Below are positions 39,393 to 49,144 of a stretch of DNA of 64,000 nt, piece by piece. Position 1 is the stretch's first letter; every line of letters starts with the position of its first letter. The DNA is taken from assembly GCA_963848295.1 (NCBI GenBank), contig CAWKDB010000004.1:192001-256000 (forward strand), in the 5' to 3' direction. A program made the position numbers and the translations under genes. The stretch is from an uncultured delta proteobacterium (GTDB taxonomy: Bacteria; Myxococcota_A; Polyangia; Haliangiales; Haliangiaceae). The notes beneath the pieces were generated by a model, which saw only the letters and a list, made by a program, of their open reading frames with translations, did not search any database and was not told the DNA's origin.

Positions 39393-40513
39393 ATGCACGA
39401 GTCGATCCGACAGCGCCTGCGCCGCACGACGTGGCAAGCGATCGACCTCGCGTGGACCGAGCAATGGCGTGCGCTCCGCATCATCGCCACGCCGTGGATG
39501 AAGCAGGAGCTCGCGGCCGCTCGCGCGAAGCTGCGCGGCGAGCGCCCGGCCAGCAGCGCTCCACCGCGTCGGACTCTGGCGTCCCGGCCATCGATCGCGG
39601 CGCGCTCGACGGCTGGATCCGCGACGCCGCGCCGCCCGGCGTGCCGTTCGAGGCGGTCGTCTTGCCCGGGAGCGAGTTGCGCGCGCGGTTCGGCGCCGGA
39701 GCCGACCACCGCCGCAGCTTGCATCTGCTCGGCAAGCTGCGGATGACCCATCGCGCGCTGCCGAGCGAGGCGGTCGTCGTGATCGCGCTGTTCAGCGATG
39801 TCGCCGCCGATTACTACGTCGAGACGATGGCGGCGGACGTCGCGGCGGACATCAACCGTGCGCACGGCAGCCCCATCGCGGTCGCCGACGCGCAAGCCGC
39901 GGTGCCGGTCGTGCTCAAGGAGATCGCGACCGCGGCCGGGCTCGGCCGGATCGGCAAGAACGCCTTGTTCTTCTCGCACCGCTTCGGCTTCAACTGCAAG
40001 CTCGCGGTCGTGCTGCTCGACGCGCCGGTCTCGCGCTACGAGCCGACGCCGACGACCGCCGAGTGGAAGCTGCCCGACTGCTCGACCTGCAACCTGTGCG
40101 TCGAGGCGTGCCCGGTCAGCGCGTTCGACGACTACGTGATCACGAAGGTGCCGTCGTGCGACCGCGTGATCGCCGGGGACTTCTTCGGCGCGCGTCGCGA
40201 TCATATGTGTCGCGCGTGCATCACGCGCTGCCCGGTGTCGAACGACGTGTTGAAGCTGCGCCGCAACGAAGGCGCGCCGCAGCGCACGTTCTGGGACAAC
40301 GAGGCGCAGCTGTCGATCGTCGCGGACCTGTTCGCGGACCGCCCGTCATTCTGGATCTGGGTGCTGCAGCGGTTCTATTACGGCGCCGGATTGCCCGGGC
40401 GCGAGCGCGCCGCGAAGAAGGACGTCGCGTCGGTGTTCACGTCGGCGTTGAGCATCACGACGAGCGACCGCACGCGCGATGGTTGGCGGCTCAGCGCGAA
40501 GAAGCGCCGTTAG
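39393..40513 (+). CDS. QueG/reductive-dehalogenase-like 4Fe-4S protein (probable frameshift near 39550; start uncertain)
   Basis: KEIATAAGLGRIGKNALFFSHRFG..KLAVVLLD; CSTCNLCVEACP and C..MCRACITRCP. Confidence 0.7.
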
Positions 40514-41653
40514 CTACTTCGTCGCTTTGAGGTCTCTGATCTCTTGGTTGACCTTGGCGAGCTCATCGTCGGCGCGCGTCCTCAGCGCGTTGACCTCCTT
40601 GCCTATCAGAGGATCTGGCGTGCGCGCGAGTTGCTCCATCTGCCGCCACCACCCGACGCGCGTGCCGAGGTACTGCTCGAGGTCGGCGAACAGCGGCTGT
40701 AACCTTTCCGGAACGTCCTCGCGCGGGAACGCCTTGAGCTTGGCGCGCAACGCCTCGAATGGCGCGATCACGTCGCGCTCGAGCGCGTCGGCGAACTGCG
40801 GGTCCGGCTCGGTCTTGTTCCACTGCTCGACCAACTCGCGATAGTGCGCGAGCGTCTTGTTGTGCATGGCGTCGAATTCTTGGAGCAACGGCAGGTAGCT
40901 CTTGGTCGACGGAATCGCGAACAGCACAGCGATCGCGATGCCGACGCCGGCGACCGCCACGATCGCCGCGCGCAGCGCGGGTCTCCCGCTTCGCCCGCTT
41001 CGCCCCTGTGTCCATGCGATCGCGTAGCCGCCGACAAAGCCGGCGACCAATCCCGTGAAATGCGCGGTCATGTCCACGCCCGTTGCGGAGAAGCCGTAGA
41101 CGAAGTTGATCGCGAAGAACAAGCCGAGCCGACTCATCGTGCTCGACCACGCGCGCGGGTCGAGCTTCGCGCGCCGCACGATCATCACGGCGGTGAACAC
41201 GCCGAACAAGCCGAATACCGCGCCCGACGCTCCGGCCGAGACCGCGTTCGGTTGCCGCGTGATGCTGGCGGCACCGCTGAGGATTCCCGTCGCGAAGTAC
41301 AGCGCGAGGAATTCGCCGCGGCCGACCATGCGCTCGACGACGCGCACCTGATACAGGCACACCATGTTCATCGCGATGTGGATGATGCCGTAGTGCAAGA
41401 ACATCGACGTCACGAGTCGCCACGGCTCGCCGTTGCGCGTGAGCACCGCGAAGTCGCCACCGAGATCGATCATCTTTTGCGGCGTCGCGCCGCTCACGCT
41501 CGCGCCCTTGACGAGCTCGTAGATGAACGCCGCGGCGTTGATCGCGATCAGCGCGTAGGTCGCCCACGCGTGCCACTTGGGGCCCGGTTCGCGCGCCGTT
41601 CGCGACGGCGCCGGTGGATCCTGCGTGGCCACGAAGTTCGGCACGTCGTCCAT
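40514..41653 (-). CDS. Rhomboid-family intramembrane serine protease with C-terminal helical domain
   Basis: EPWRLVTSMFLHYGIIHIAMN, catalytic GASG, DMTAHFTGLVAG. Confidence 0.92.
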   Translation of the reverse strand: MDDVPNFVATQDPPAPSRTAREPGPKWHAWATYALIAINAAAFIYELVKGASVSGATPQKMIDLGGDFAVLTRNGEPWRLVTSMFLHYGIIHIAMNMVCLYQVRVVERMVGRGEFLALYFATGILSGAASITRQPNAVSAGASGAVFGLFGVFTAVMIVRRAKLDPRAWSSTMSRLGLFFAINFVYGFSATGVDMTAHFTGLVAGFVGGYAIAWTQGRSGRSGRPALRAAIVAVAGVGIAIAVLFAIPSTKSYLPLLQEFDAMHNKTLAHYRELVEQWNKTEPDPQFADALERDVIAPFEALRAKLKAFPREDVPERLQPLFADLEQYLGTRVGWWRQMEQLARTPDPLIGKEVNALRTRADDELAKVNQEIRDLKATK

Positions 41654-41660
41654 GGCGCGG

Positions 41661-41670
41661 ATGCTACACT
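41661..41670. promoter_or_regulatory. Overlapping back-to-back -10 boxes (bidirectional leaderless promoter)
   Basis: ATGCTACACT: TACACT on + is 6 nt before GTG 41677; TAGCAT on - is 7 nt before ATG 41653. Confidence 0.55.
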
Positions 41671-41676
41671 CGGGGC

Positions 41677-42030
41677 GTGGACGCCGATACCGCCGAACAC
41701 CTGCTCGATGGCTTGCCGCTCGTTCCCGTGATCGCCGGATCGATCGCGGACATGAAGGCGTTACGCGAGCGCTGCTTGGCCGCCGACATCCCCGCGCTCG
41801 TCGGTTGCCCACCGGGCGCCGGAAAAGGTTGAGGGACCAAGACGCACCTCCTGGTCGAGGAGGACGAGCTGCCGAGGGTCGCCGAGCTGCTGCGCGGTGA
41901 CTGGCGCGAGATGCTTCAGCGTGAAGGCGCCGCGCCAGTCGATCTCGACGCGTCGAAGTGCCCGGCCTGCGGCTGTGGCTCGCCGCTGGTCGCCGGCGCG
42001 TGCGCCGACTGCGGGCTGCAGCTCGAATAA
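41677..42030 (+). CDS. Candidate selenoprotein (117 aa, UGA at codon 52) with C-terminal zinc ribbon
   Basis: Frame stays open past TGA 41830-41832: ..VGCPPGAGKG-U-GTKTHLLVEEDELPRVAELLRGDW..CPACGCGSPLVAGACADCGLQLE-TAA; SECIS-like hairpin downstream. Confidence 0.7.
41843..41866 (+). promoter_or_regulatory. Putative bacterial SECIS hairpin
   Basis: CCTCCT(41847-52)/AGGAGG(41858-63) 6-bp stem, loop GGUCG beginning 20 nt after the UGA; extra CG/CG pairs below. Confidence 0.6.
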
Positions 42031-42050
42031 CTAGTGGACGCAACAAACCG

Positions 42051-43787
42051 CTAGAAGTCGCTGCGGGAGTCGCTGCAGTTGTCCAACCGACCTTCGGCCG
42101 GCGCGCCGGCCATCTGATCGAAGCCCTCGCATCGATCGCCGTTGACCCCGCTGTATGCGAACGGGTCGCACGGGAAGACGCAGTCGAGCTCGCCGGTGGC
42201 TGCCGTCTTCGAGGCGGTGAATCCCGAGCACGGCTCGCCGGTCTTGCCCGGGAGGTATCGCTCCTCCACCGGTCGAATCGGGCAAACGCGGTCCTTCGGC
42301 GGCACGGCACACAGCAGCTGGTCGCCGAGGCATCGACACACCTGTGCTATGCGGGTCTTGCACATCGACTGGCTCCCGTGTCGGTAGACGTCGGTCGGCA
42401 CACAGATGCAGTATTTCTTTTCGGCCCGGTGAGGCTTCGCGACCGGTCTCACCGCCCCGGCATCGGTCACGCCAGCGGGTCGCGCGACGACCGGATCGCG
42501 ATCGTTGGCGGGGGGCGATGCGTCGCTCGACGATCGAACAGCGACCGCCGCGTCGACGACCGTGGGCGCCGACCGAGCGTTAGTCGCGGCCGCGTCGACG
42601 ACCGTGACCATCGACCGAGGGTCAGTCGCCGCCGCGTCGACGATCGGCACCGCGCTCGACCGCATCGCCCGCATCGCGACGAACCCGCCGATGACGCCGG
42701 CCGCGATCACGACGGGTGCGATCCAGAGCCATCGTCGGCGCGCTCGGCCGACCCGGGCCGTCGAATCGATCGCGGGCGGCCCGGGTCTGCGCTCGGATCG
42801 CGTCGGCGCGGCATCGCGCGACTGCGGCGGCGGCGCTCCGCCATGATCGCCGTCGAGCGCATCGGCGAACTCGAGCGCATCACGAAACCGAGCATCCGGA
42901 GACTTCGCGAGCGCGCGCTCCACCGCGGCGACGAGCCGAGGCGGCAACCCGGGGCGCACCACGTCGAGCGAAGGCGGGGCCTGGTTGAGATGCAGCTCGG
43001 CGACCGAGCGGGTCGAGCCGGCGAACGGCGCGTCGCCGACGAGCATCGCGAACAGCGTGAGGCCAGCGGCGTAGAGATCGGATCGCCGATCGGCCGCGCC
43101 ACCGACGAGCTGCTCGGGCGCCATGAACTGCGGCGTCCCGACAATCGCGCCCGTCCCGGTGAGCGTCTCCGCGACGTGCAGGGACTTCGAGATCCCGAAG
43201 TCCATGATCTTGACGTAGTCGCGATCGCCGCCGCGCGTCGTGAGCAAGACGTTGCTCGGCTTGATATCGCGATGGATGATCCCCGCCTCGTGGATCGCGT
43301 GGAGGCCGAGCAGCATCTGGCGGCCGATCGCCGTCGCGCGGGTGGCATCGAGCGGCCCGGCACCGACAAGCTCTTGCCGGAGATCGCGACCGTCGAGGTA
43401 CTCCATCACGATGAAGTCACGCCCCGCGTCGCTGCCGATGTCGAAGATCTGGACGACGTGATCGTGGATCACGCGGCTCGCCGCGCGCGCCTCGAGCCGG
43501 AACCGCGCCGAGGCGTCGCGATCGCCATTGCCGTACGACAGGAACTTGATCGCGACCCGCTTGTCGAGCCCGACGTGATCGGCTTCGTACACCGCGCCCA
43601 TACCGCCGCGACCGAGCAACCTACGCACGAAGTACCGCCCGTCGAGCGTCTGGCCGAGCAGCGGATCGTGATCGCCCGTGGTGTCTTCCACGATCGCGCC
43701 GCCGTCGACAGAGCAGAACCTCTCCGCGCCGGTGTACACCGCGTGGCACACCACGCAGCGCCGTCTCGCGGGCTCGGCCGAGGCCAT
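42051..43787 (-). CDS. Membrane Ser/Thr protein kinase with N-terminal Cys motif and Cys-rich C-terminal domain
   Basis: CVVC..FCSVDG; LGRGGMG, HRDIKPSN, DFG, GTPQFMAPEQ; TM WLWIAPVVIAAGVIGGFV. Confidence 0.92.
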   Translation of the reverse strand: MASAEPARRRCVVCHAVYTGAERFCSVDGGAIVEDTTGDHDPLLGQTLDGRYFVRRLLGRGGMGAVYEADHVGLDKRVAIKFLSYGNGDRDASARFRLEARAASRVIHDHVVQIFDIGSDAGRDFIVMEYLDGRDLRQELVGAGPLDATRATAIGRQMLLGLHAIHEAGIIHRDIKPSNVLLTTRGGDRDYVKIMDFGISKSLHVAETLTGTGAIVGTPQFMAPEQLVGGAADRRSDLYAAGLTLFAMLVGDAPFAGSTRSVAELHLNQAPPSLDVVRPGLPPRLVAAVERALAKSPDARFRDALEFADALDGDHGGAPPPQSRDAAPTRSERRPGPPAIDSTARVGRARRRWLWIAPVVIAAGVIGGFVAMRAMRSSAVPIVDAAATDPRSMVTVVDAAATNARSAPTVVDAAVAVRSSSDASPPANDRDPVVARPAGVTDAGAVRPVAKPHRAEKKYCICVPTDVYRHGSQSMCKTRIAQVCRCLGDQLLCAVPPKDRVCPIRPVEERYLPGKTGEPCSGFTASKTAATGELDCVFPCDPFAYSGVNGDRCEGFDQMAGAPAEGRLDNCSDSRSDF

Positions 43788-43863
43788 CCGGCGATGTTAC
43801 TGCGACCTGCGACGCGATGCGCGGATTCTGCGACCGTGTCAGACCTGTGAGCGAAGCTGCGGC

Positions 43864-44343
43864 ATGACCGTAACCGTCGAATCAGTGGACGAGACCTCCG
43901 ATCCGCGACGCTGGAAGAAAGCCGGCTGGATCGCGAAGATCGTCAAGAACGAGAACGACGAAGGCTGGGCGGCCGAGATGACGCGGGTCGGTGACTCCGA
44001 GCCCTCGCTGGTCAGCCCGTGGACGATGGGTCGCAACAAGGTGAATCCAAAGCCGCTCGATGCGTCCGGGTTTGCGACGCTCGTCAAGGGCGCGACCGAA
44101 GTGATGACGCGCCACGCGCACGCCGCGCGGGCTCGGCTGCATCGCTCGATCAACTGCCTGAGCGAGGCCGGCGCCCGCCTCCGCGCCGACTTCGACATCC
44201 AAGAAGACGAAGACGATCCGCATGCGATCCTGACCATCGTCGACGAGCTGAGCGGCGAGACGCTGCGCACCGGGCGAGCGAGTACCGGGTTCAAGCTTGG
44301 CGAAAAAGCGGTGCAGCGGTTCTTGAAGACCGGCGACGCGTAG
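43864..44343 (+). CDS. Hypothetical protein
   Basis: Protein-like composition; WTMGRNKVNPKPLD; fills the gap between neighbours. Confidence 0.7.
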   Translation: MTVTVESVDETSDPRRWKKAGWIAKIVKNENDEGWAAEMTRVGDSEPSLVSPWTMGRNKVNPKPLDASGFATLVKGATEVMTRHAHAARARLHRSINCLSEAGARLRADFDIQEDEDDPHAILTIVDELSGETLRTGRASTGFKLGEKAVQRFLKTGDA

Positions 44344-44399
44344 ATCGATGTCCGAATGTATTGGCACGTGACCGGCCAAATGTTCGTTACGACCCCAGC

Positions 44400-44994
44400 A
44401 TGGCATTGCAATCGGGGTGGCTGGCTGGCGTCGCGCTGTGTGCGGCGTGTGGATCGTCTGGCGGTGGCGGCGGACCGGGGACCGTCGATGCACCGAACCG
44501 CGCGGCGAACGCCGACGCGAACGGCCGCGGAGGTGATAGCGGTAGCGGCAATGCCGGCGGCGACGCGAGCATGCAGGTCATGTCCACGCTGACGTCGCCG
44601 TGTGCGACGTTGCAGGGCCGCGCGATCGTCAACTACAACGACAACCTCGGGATCATGTTCACCGAGCATGACTCGCCCTACACGTTCTTGGGCTCGGTCC
44701 AGTTCCAGCTTCCGGACGGCTTCACCGGCGTCCGTGCCCGATCCCGAGATCTATAACGGCACAGACGATCGCCACATCGCCGCGATGACCGACGCCGGCT
44801 TCGATCTGCACGGCAACCACTGCTGGGCCGGCGAGCAACCGCCGGCGGGCTCGCTGGTCATCGACGAGTATGATCCCAGCGACGGCGTCGTGAAGGCGAC
44901 GTTCAGCAACTACGCGCTGCACAGCTGTACCGATAGCTCGGTCTGCACCGTGAGCGGTTCGATCGAGACGACCGGCCAAGGCGTGTTCGAGTAG
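44400..44994 (+). CDS. Lipoprotein of unknown function (frameshift near 44735)
   Basis: Lipobox CAAC-GSS; ..FQLPDGFTG continues in the next frame as VPDPEIYNG..TGQGVFE. Confidence 0.6.
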
Positions 44995-45001
44995 GAGCCC
45001 G

Positions 45002-45656
45002 TTAGCCGGCGAGGATGCCCGCGTCCGTCCAACGCAGCACCATGTCGGCGGCGCGATTGAAGGCGTCGTCGCCGGTGAAGTAGCCCGCGAGCTCCGCGAC
45101 CGACGTGCCGCGCTTGACCGCGCGCAACGCCGCGCCTTCGGTCAGGCCCGCGGCGTACGCGTAGACCGCCGGTTGATCATCGCGCCACATCAGGACGGTG
45201 CGTGGCCAATCGAGCACGCGCGGCTGAATCGGCGGCTCACCGCGGCCGAGTGCGGTCCACGCATCATCGACCGTGGTCGTGAGCTGGAGCAGCGCGCTCG
45301 CGGGCACGAGTCGGAGCGGGCGATCGGCGGTGAGCTCGGCACGCAAGAGGCGCGCGGCCGCCGGCGCGTACCAGACCTCGGCGTGTGCTCGATCGAGCCG
45401 CGCGAGCTCGCCGTACCAGGCCGGATAGTCCGAACCCGCGACCAGAAACTCGACGAGCTGGCCGCCGCGTTCGCGCGAGGTCCGAGACTTCGTTCGGCCC
45501 GCGCGCGATGTACGTCCCCATCAGCGCTTCGAACAGGTCGGCTCCGAGCGCTAGCGCGAGCTTCGGATAGTGGACGCCCACCGCGACCGCGAGCCAGTCG
45601 CGACCATCGTGCGGGGCACGGCTACCGCGCGCGAGCGGTCGACTCGAGGCCATCAT
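45002..45656 (-). CDS. DUF2063/HvfC-like protein (frameshift near 45472)
   Basis: HYPKLALALGADLFEALMGTY..P then GGQLVEFL..WYGELARLDRAHAEV..VLMWR..VLRWTDAGIL. Confidence 0.65.
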
Positions 45657-45692
45657 GTCGCTAGTACGAGCGACCCGGCGATCCGGTTACGG

Positions 45693-47071
45693 CTAGCGGC
45701 GTGCGGTCACGACGATCGGCATGCCGCCCGACGGTGCAAGCGTGATGCCGCGGCGAACGAGGCGAATCCGTTCACCGCCGGCCGAGGCGAGCTCGACGCG
45801 CGCGAGGATCGTCGCGAGCACGATCTTCATCTCGTAGCTCGCGAACGCCATCCCGAGGCAGCGCCGGACCCCGCCACCGAACGGGAAGTACGTCGCCGGG
45901 TCCGCTTTCTTGCCGACGAACCGCCCCGGATCGAACCGCCCGGGCTCGGGCCACAGGTCGGCGCGCCGGTGCACGAGATAGATCGAGGCCAGCGCGATCG
46001 CTCCGCCGGGGAGCTCGATGCCGCCGATCGTCGCGGGGCGCTTGAGCACGCGGCCGACCATCGGGATGATCGGGGTGAGCCGCAGCGTCTCCTTGATCGC
46101 GGCGTCGAGCAGGACGAGCCGCTCGATGTGCTCGGGTTGCACCGGGCCCGGTCCCGACGACCTCGCGGACCTCGGCGCGCACGCGGTCGAGCCACTCGCG
46201 GTGCTCGAGCAAGTGATGGATCGTCCACGCGAGCGTCGTCGCGGTCGTCTCGTGACCGGCGAGCAGCAGCGTCAGCATCTCGTCGCGCAGCTGATCGTCG
46301 GTCATCGCGGCACCGGCCTCGTCGCGCGCCTCGAGCAGCATCGACAGGATGTCCGTCGCGGCCGGCGCTGCCTTCGCGCCGCCGCGCCGCGATCAGCTCG
46401 CGCACGAGCCGATCGGTCTCGGTCTGGGCGCGGACCAGCGGCGCCCACGGCAAGAATCGTCCGAACCACCCGGTCGCGAGCTCGCGGACGGCGTCGGCGC
46501 GATCGGGCGGGGTCAAGAGCAACAGCGCGGTGCCGAGCGGCGAGGTGCCGAGGTTCGTCCAGCGGACGAGCGCGTCGCGCAGTGGCGCGAGGTGCGGATC
46601 GTCGGCGCCGACGCCGAACACGGTGCGCATGATGACGTCGAGCGTGATCGTCTGAGTCGACGCGTGGAACGGGAACGGCCGGCCGATCGGCCAGCGGTCG
46701 ATCTCGCGCGAGGTCGCGTCGCGCATCGCTTCGCCGTATGCGCGCATGCGGTCGCCATGAAACGGCGGCAGCATCAGCCGTCGCTCGCGCAAGTGACGGT
46801 CGCCATCGAGCACGAGCAGCGAGTGTTTGCCGACGACCGAGCGCAGGATCAGATTTGCTTCGCCGGCGTGCAGCGTGTCGGGATCGCCGGTCCACAGGTC
46901 GCGGACCGCGACCGGCTCGGCGAACACTACGATCGGGGTCGCGATTCGCGGCAGCCGCAGCGTGAACACGTTGCCGTAGCGCGCCGCCATGTCGTCGAGA
47001 AACGGCAGCGGCGTGCGCAGCCAGCGCACCATGTTGACGATCGGTCTCGACGCTGGGCCTGCCGGTAACAT
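45693..47071 (-). CDS. Cytochrome P450 (frameshifts near 46354 and 46146)
   Basis: AGHETT (I-helix), ETLR (ExxR), FDPGRF, heme motif FGGGVRRCLG spread over three frames. Confidence 0.92.
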
Positions 47072-47089
47072 GGTTCGAGCTTAGGCGAT

Positions 47090-49132
47090 CTACAGCGCGA
47101 TCGGGATCGGGACGGTCGACGTCGCGCGGCCGACGCCGTCGGTGAACAGATCCGTGTTCGCGAAGCACACCACCGTGCCGGCGCCGGTCAACGCGCACGT
47201 CGGCGTCGCCGCGGTGAATGCGCGCGCGTTATCGTAGGCGTGCGGGATCGTCGGCGGCTCCATCCGATCGGCGCTCGTGCAGGTCGTGCCGGTCGCGCCG
47301 CGCGCGCACACCATGAAGGCGCTCGTGAACAGCGAGTGCGTCACCTTGGCGAGCTCGGTCGTGGTCGCGACCGGCTTGCCGTCCTTGGTCTCGAGCGCGA
47401 TCTCGACAGCTCGACCATCGCCGAGGCGGGCGACCAGCTTCGCGCTCGCGTCGGTCTCTGCGAACTGCGGACCGCTGCCTGCGATCTCGACCGCGTCGGT
47501 CACGACTACCACTTGCGCGCTCTTGGTCTTCGAGTCTTCGGTCCAGCACCGCACCGGGCCCGCGACGTGATCGAGGACGCACACCCACGAACCTGCGATC
47601 ACGACGGACGCCGCGTGCTCGGCGGTCTTGATCGGCGTCGGCGTCTTCGCCGCGGACGGACCGAGCAATGGATCGCCGACGTGGAGCAGCGTGCCGTCAG
47701 CGGTGCGCGCGAGCAGGCCGAAGTCGGTGGCGGCGAGCTCGCGGATGTCGTGCAGGCCGGGAAGATCGGTCGGTTTGTCGGGGCCGAGCGTCGGCACCGA
47801 GTCGTGCCCCCAGCACGCGACCGTGCCGGCCCGGCGCAGCACGCACGCGTGAAAATGGCCCGCCACGATGCGGGTCGCGTCGGTGACGTCGCTGAACGTG
47901 ATCGGGACCGCGGTCTGAATCGCGAGGCTGCTGCCCGCGTCGCCGTGCCCCCAGTACGCGAGCTGGCCGTTCGCGCGCAGCGCGACGACGCCGTAGGTCC
48001 ACGCGACAAGATCGATCGCGTCGTCGAGGCCCCACGCCGGCGTCGTGTTGACGCCCTCGGCGACGCCGCGGCCGAGTTGGCCGCGCTCGTCGTTACCCCA
48101 GCACGCGACCGCGCCGCCGCGGTACAGCGCACACGCGTGGTTCATGCCGTGGCTGATCTGCGTCACGCCGTCGAGCGCGACGGTGAGCGCTGGGTCGGGT
48201 GGAAACGCGCACGTGACCGAGGTTGCGGTCTGCGAACAGGTCGGAGTGACCGGGTCGGCTGGCGTGACCTTGAAATCGGCGTCGATCGCGAAGCACCTCG
48301 AGATTCGATCGATCCCGCGGGCACAAAACGAGTCCGCGTCGGCCGATACGACCTCGGCGATGTGCTCGAACACGACGTGCGGAGCGCCGAGCCAGAGCTT
48401 CGGCTTCGTGCCGACCGGCGCGAGGTATCGATCGACGGGCGTGCGCGGGTCGGTCGGGCTCTGTTCGGCTTGGAGATAGACGTCGATGCACTCGAGCTTG
48501 TCGGCGACGATCGAGCACGCGTAGGAGACATCCGGGAACTGCCAGTCGGCGCCCACCAGGCTGCCCATGATGAGCGAGGTCGCGTGATGAATGCGTGTGC
48601 GCGTCACCGAGGGCCCGTTGACTCGACACGCGACGTCACCGGACTTGTCCAGCACGCACAGCGCCTCACCTGAGGCCGCGAGATCGATCCCCGCGGTTAC
48701 GCCGGCGATCGGGTGCGGCTCGAGTGTAGCGACGCCGGCCTCGAGCTTCGGCTTCGACTCCGCGCACTCGACCCGGCCGTCGCGATGAAGTGCACACAGG
48801 TCGTCGTCGGTCATCGCGAGCTTTGCGATATCGGTCCACCCTGCGATCCGGTGCGGACTCCCGAAGTCGCTGCCCCAGCACGTCACCGCTCCACTCTTGA
48901 GGACCGCGCACGTCGCCGCGTTCGAGCTGATCAGCGACAGCGCCGGGTCGCTCGGCCGTGGCAGCGGCTTCGGGCCCGGCAGCGGTTCGAGCGCAACGCC
49001 CGGCTTCGCGAGCGGCGCGATGACGGATTTGGGCGTTGGCGCCGCGCCGGTCGGGTCGGACCTTGGTGCGGTGCCGCCGCCACCGCAGGTCGCGAGTAAG
49101 GCCAGCGTCGCAACGAGCCCGAAGCGGGGCAT
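47090..49132 (-). CDS. RCC1-repeat lipoprotein
   Basis: Lipobox LATC; repeats HACAL..GAVACWG.DERGQLG, HACVLRRAGTVACWG. Confidence 0.82.
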   Translation of the reverse strand: MPRFGLVATLALLATCGGGGTAPRSDPTGAAPTPKSVIAPLAKPGVALEPLPGPKPLPRPSDPALSLISSNAATCAVLKSGAVTCWGSDFGSPHRIAGWTDIAKLAMTDDDLCALHRDGRVECAESKPKLEAGVATLEPHPIAGVTAGIDLAASGEALCVLDKSGDVACRVNGPSVTRTRIHHATSLIMGSLVGADWQFPDVSYACSIVADKLECIDVYLQAEQSPTDPRTPVDRYLAPVGTKPKLWLGAPHVVFEHIAEVVSADADSFCARGIDRISRCFAIDADFKVTPADPVTPTCSQTATSVTCAFPPDPALTVALDGVTQISHGMNHACALYRGGAVACWGNDERGQLGRGVAEGVNTTPAWGLDDAIDLVAWTYGVVALRANGQLAYWGHGDAGSSLAIQTAVPITFSDVTDATRIVAGHFHACVLRRAGTVACWGHDSVPTLGPDKPTDLPGLHDIRELAATDFGLLARTADGTLLHVGDPLLGPSAAKTPTPIKTAEHAASVVIAGSWVCVLDHVAGPVRCWTEDSKTKSAQVVVVTDAVEIAGSGPQFAETDASAKLVARLGDGRAVEIALETKDGKPVATTTELAKVTHSLFTSAFMVCARGATGTTCTSADRMEPPTIPHAYDNARAFTAATPTCALTGAGTVVCFANTDLFTDGVGRATSTVPIPIAL

Positions 49133-49144
49133 CGAGCGCAGGCC

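Noticed and set aside
38267..40513. 748-aa esterase/Fe-S fusion enzyme
   Set aside because: The natural esterase C-terminus and stop (39269) lie in another frame; the linker is shadow-like.
41830..41832. Genome-wide UGA reassignment (code 4 or 25)
   Set aside because: TGA is an ordinary stop elsewhere (2629-2631, 3315-3317, 7129-7131) and Trp uses TGG.
41858..41863. AGGAGG as Shine-Dalgarno for a separate downstream ORF
   Set aside because: No ATG/GTG/TTG at suitable spacing; the nearest in-frame ATG (41911) is ~47 nt away.
45693..47090. Biarylitide-type P450 RiPP cluster
   Set aside because: Only 18 nt lie upstream of the P450, leaving no room for a precursor ORF.
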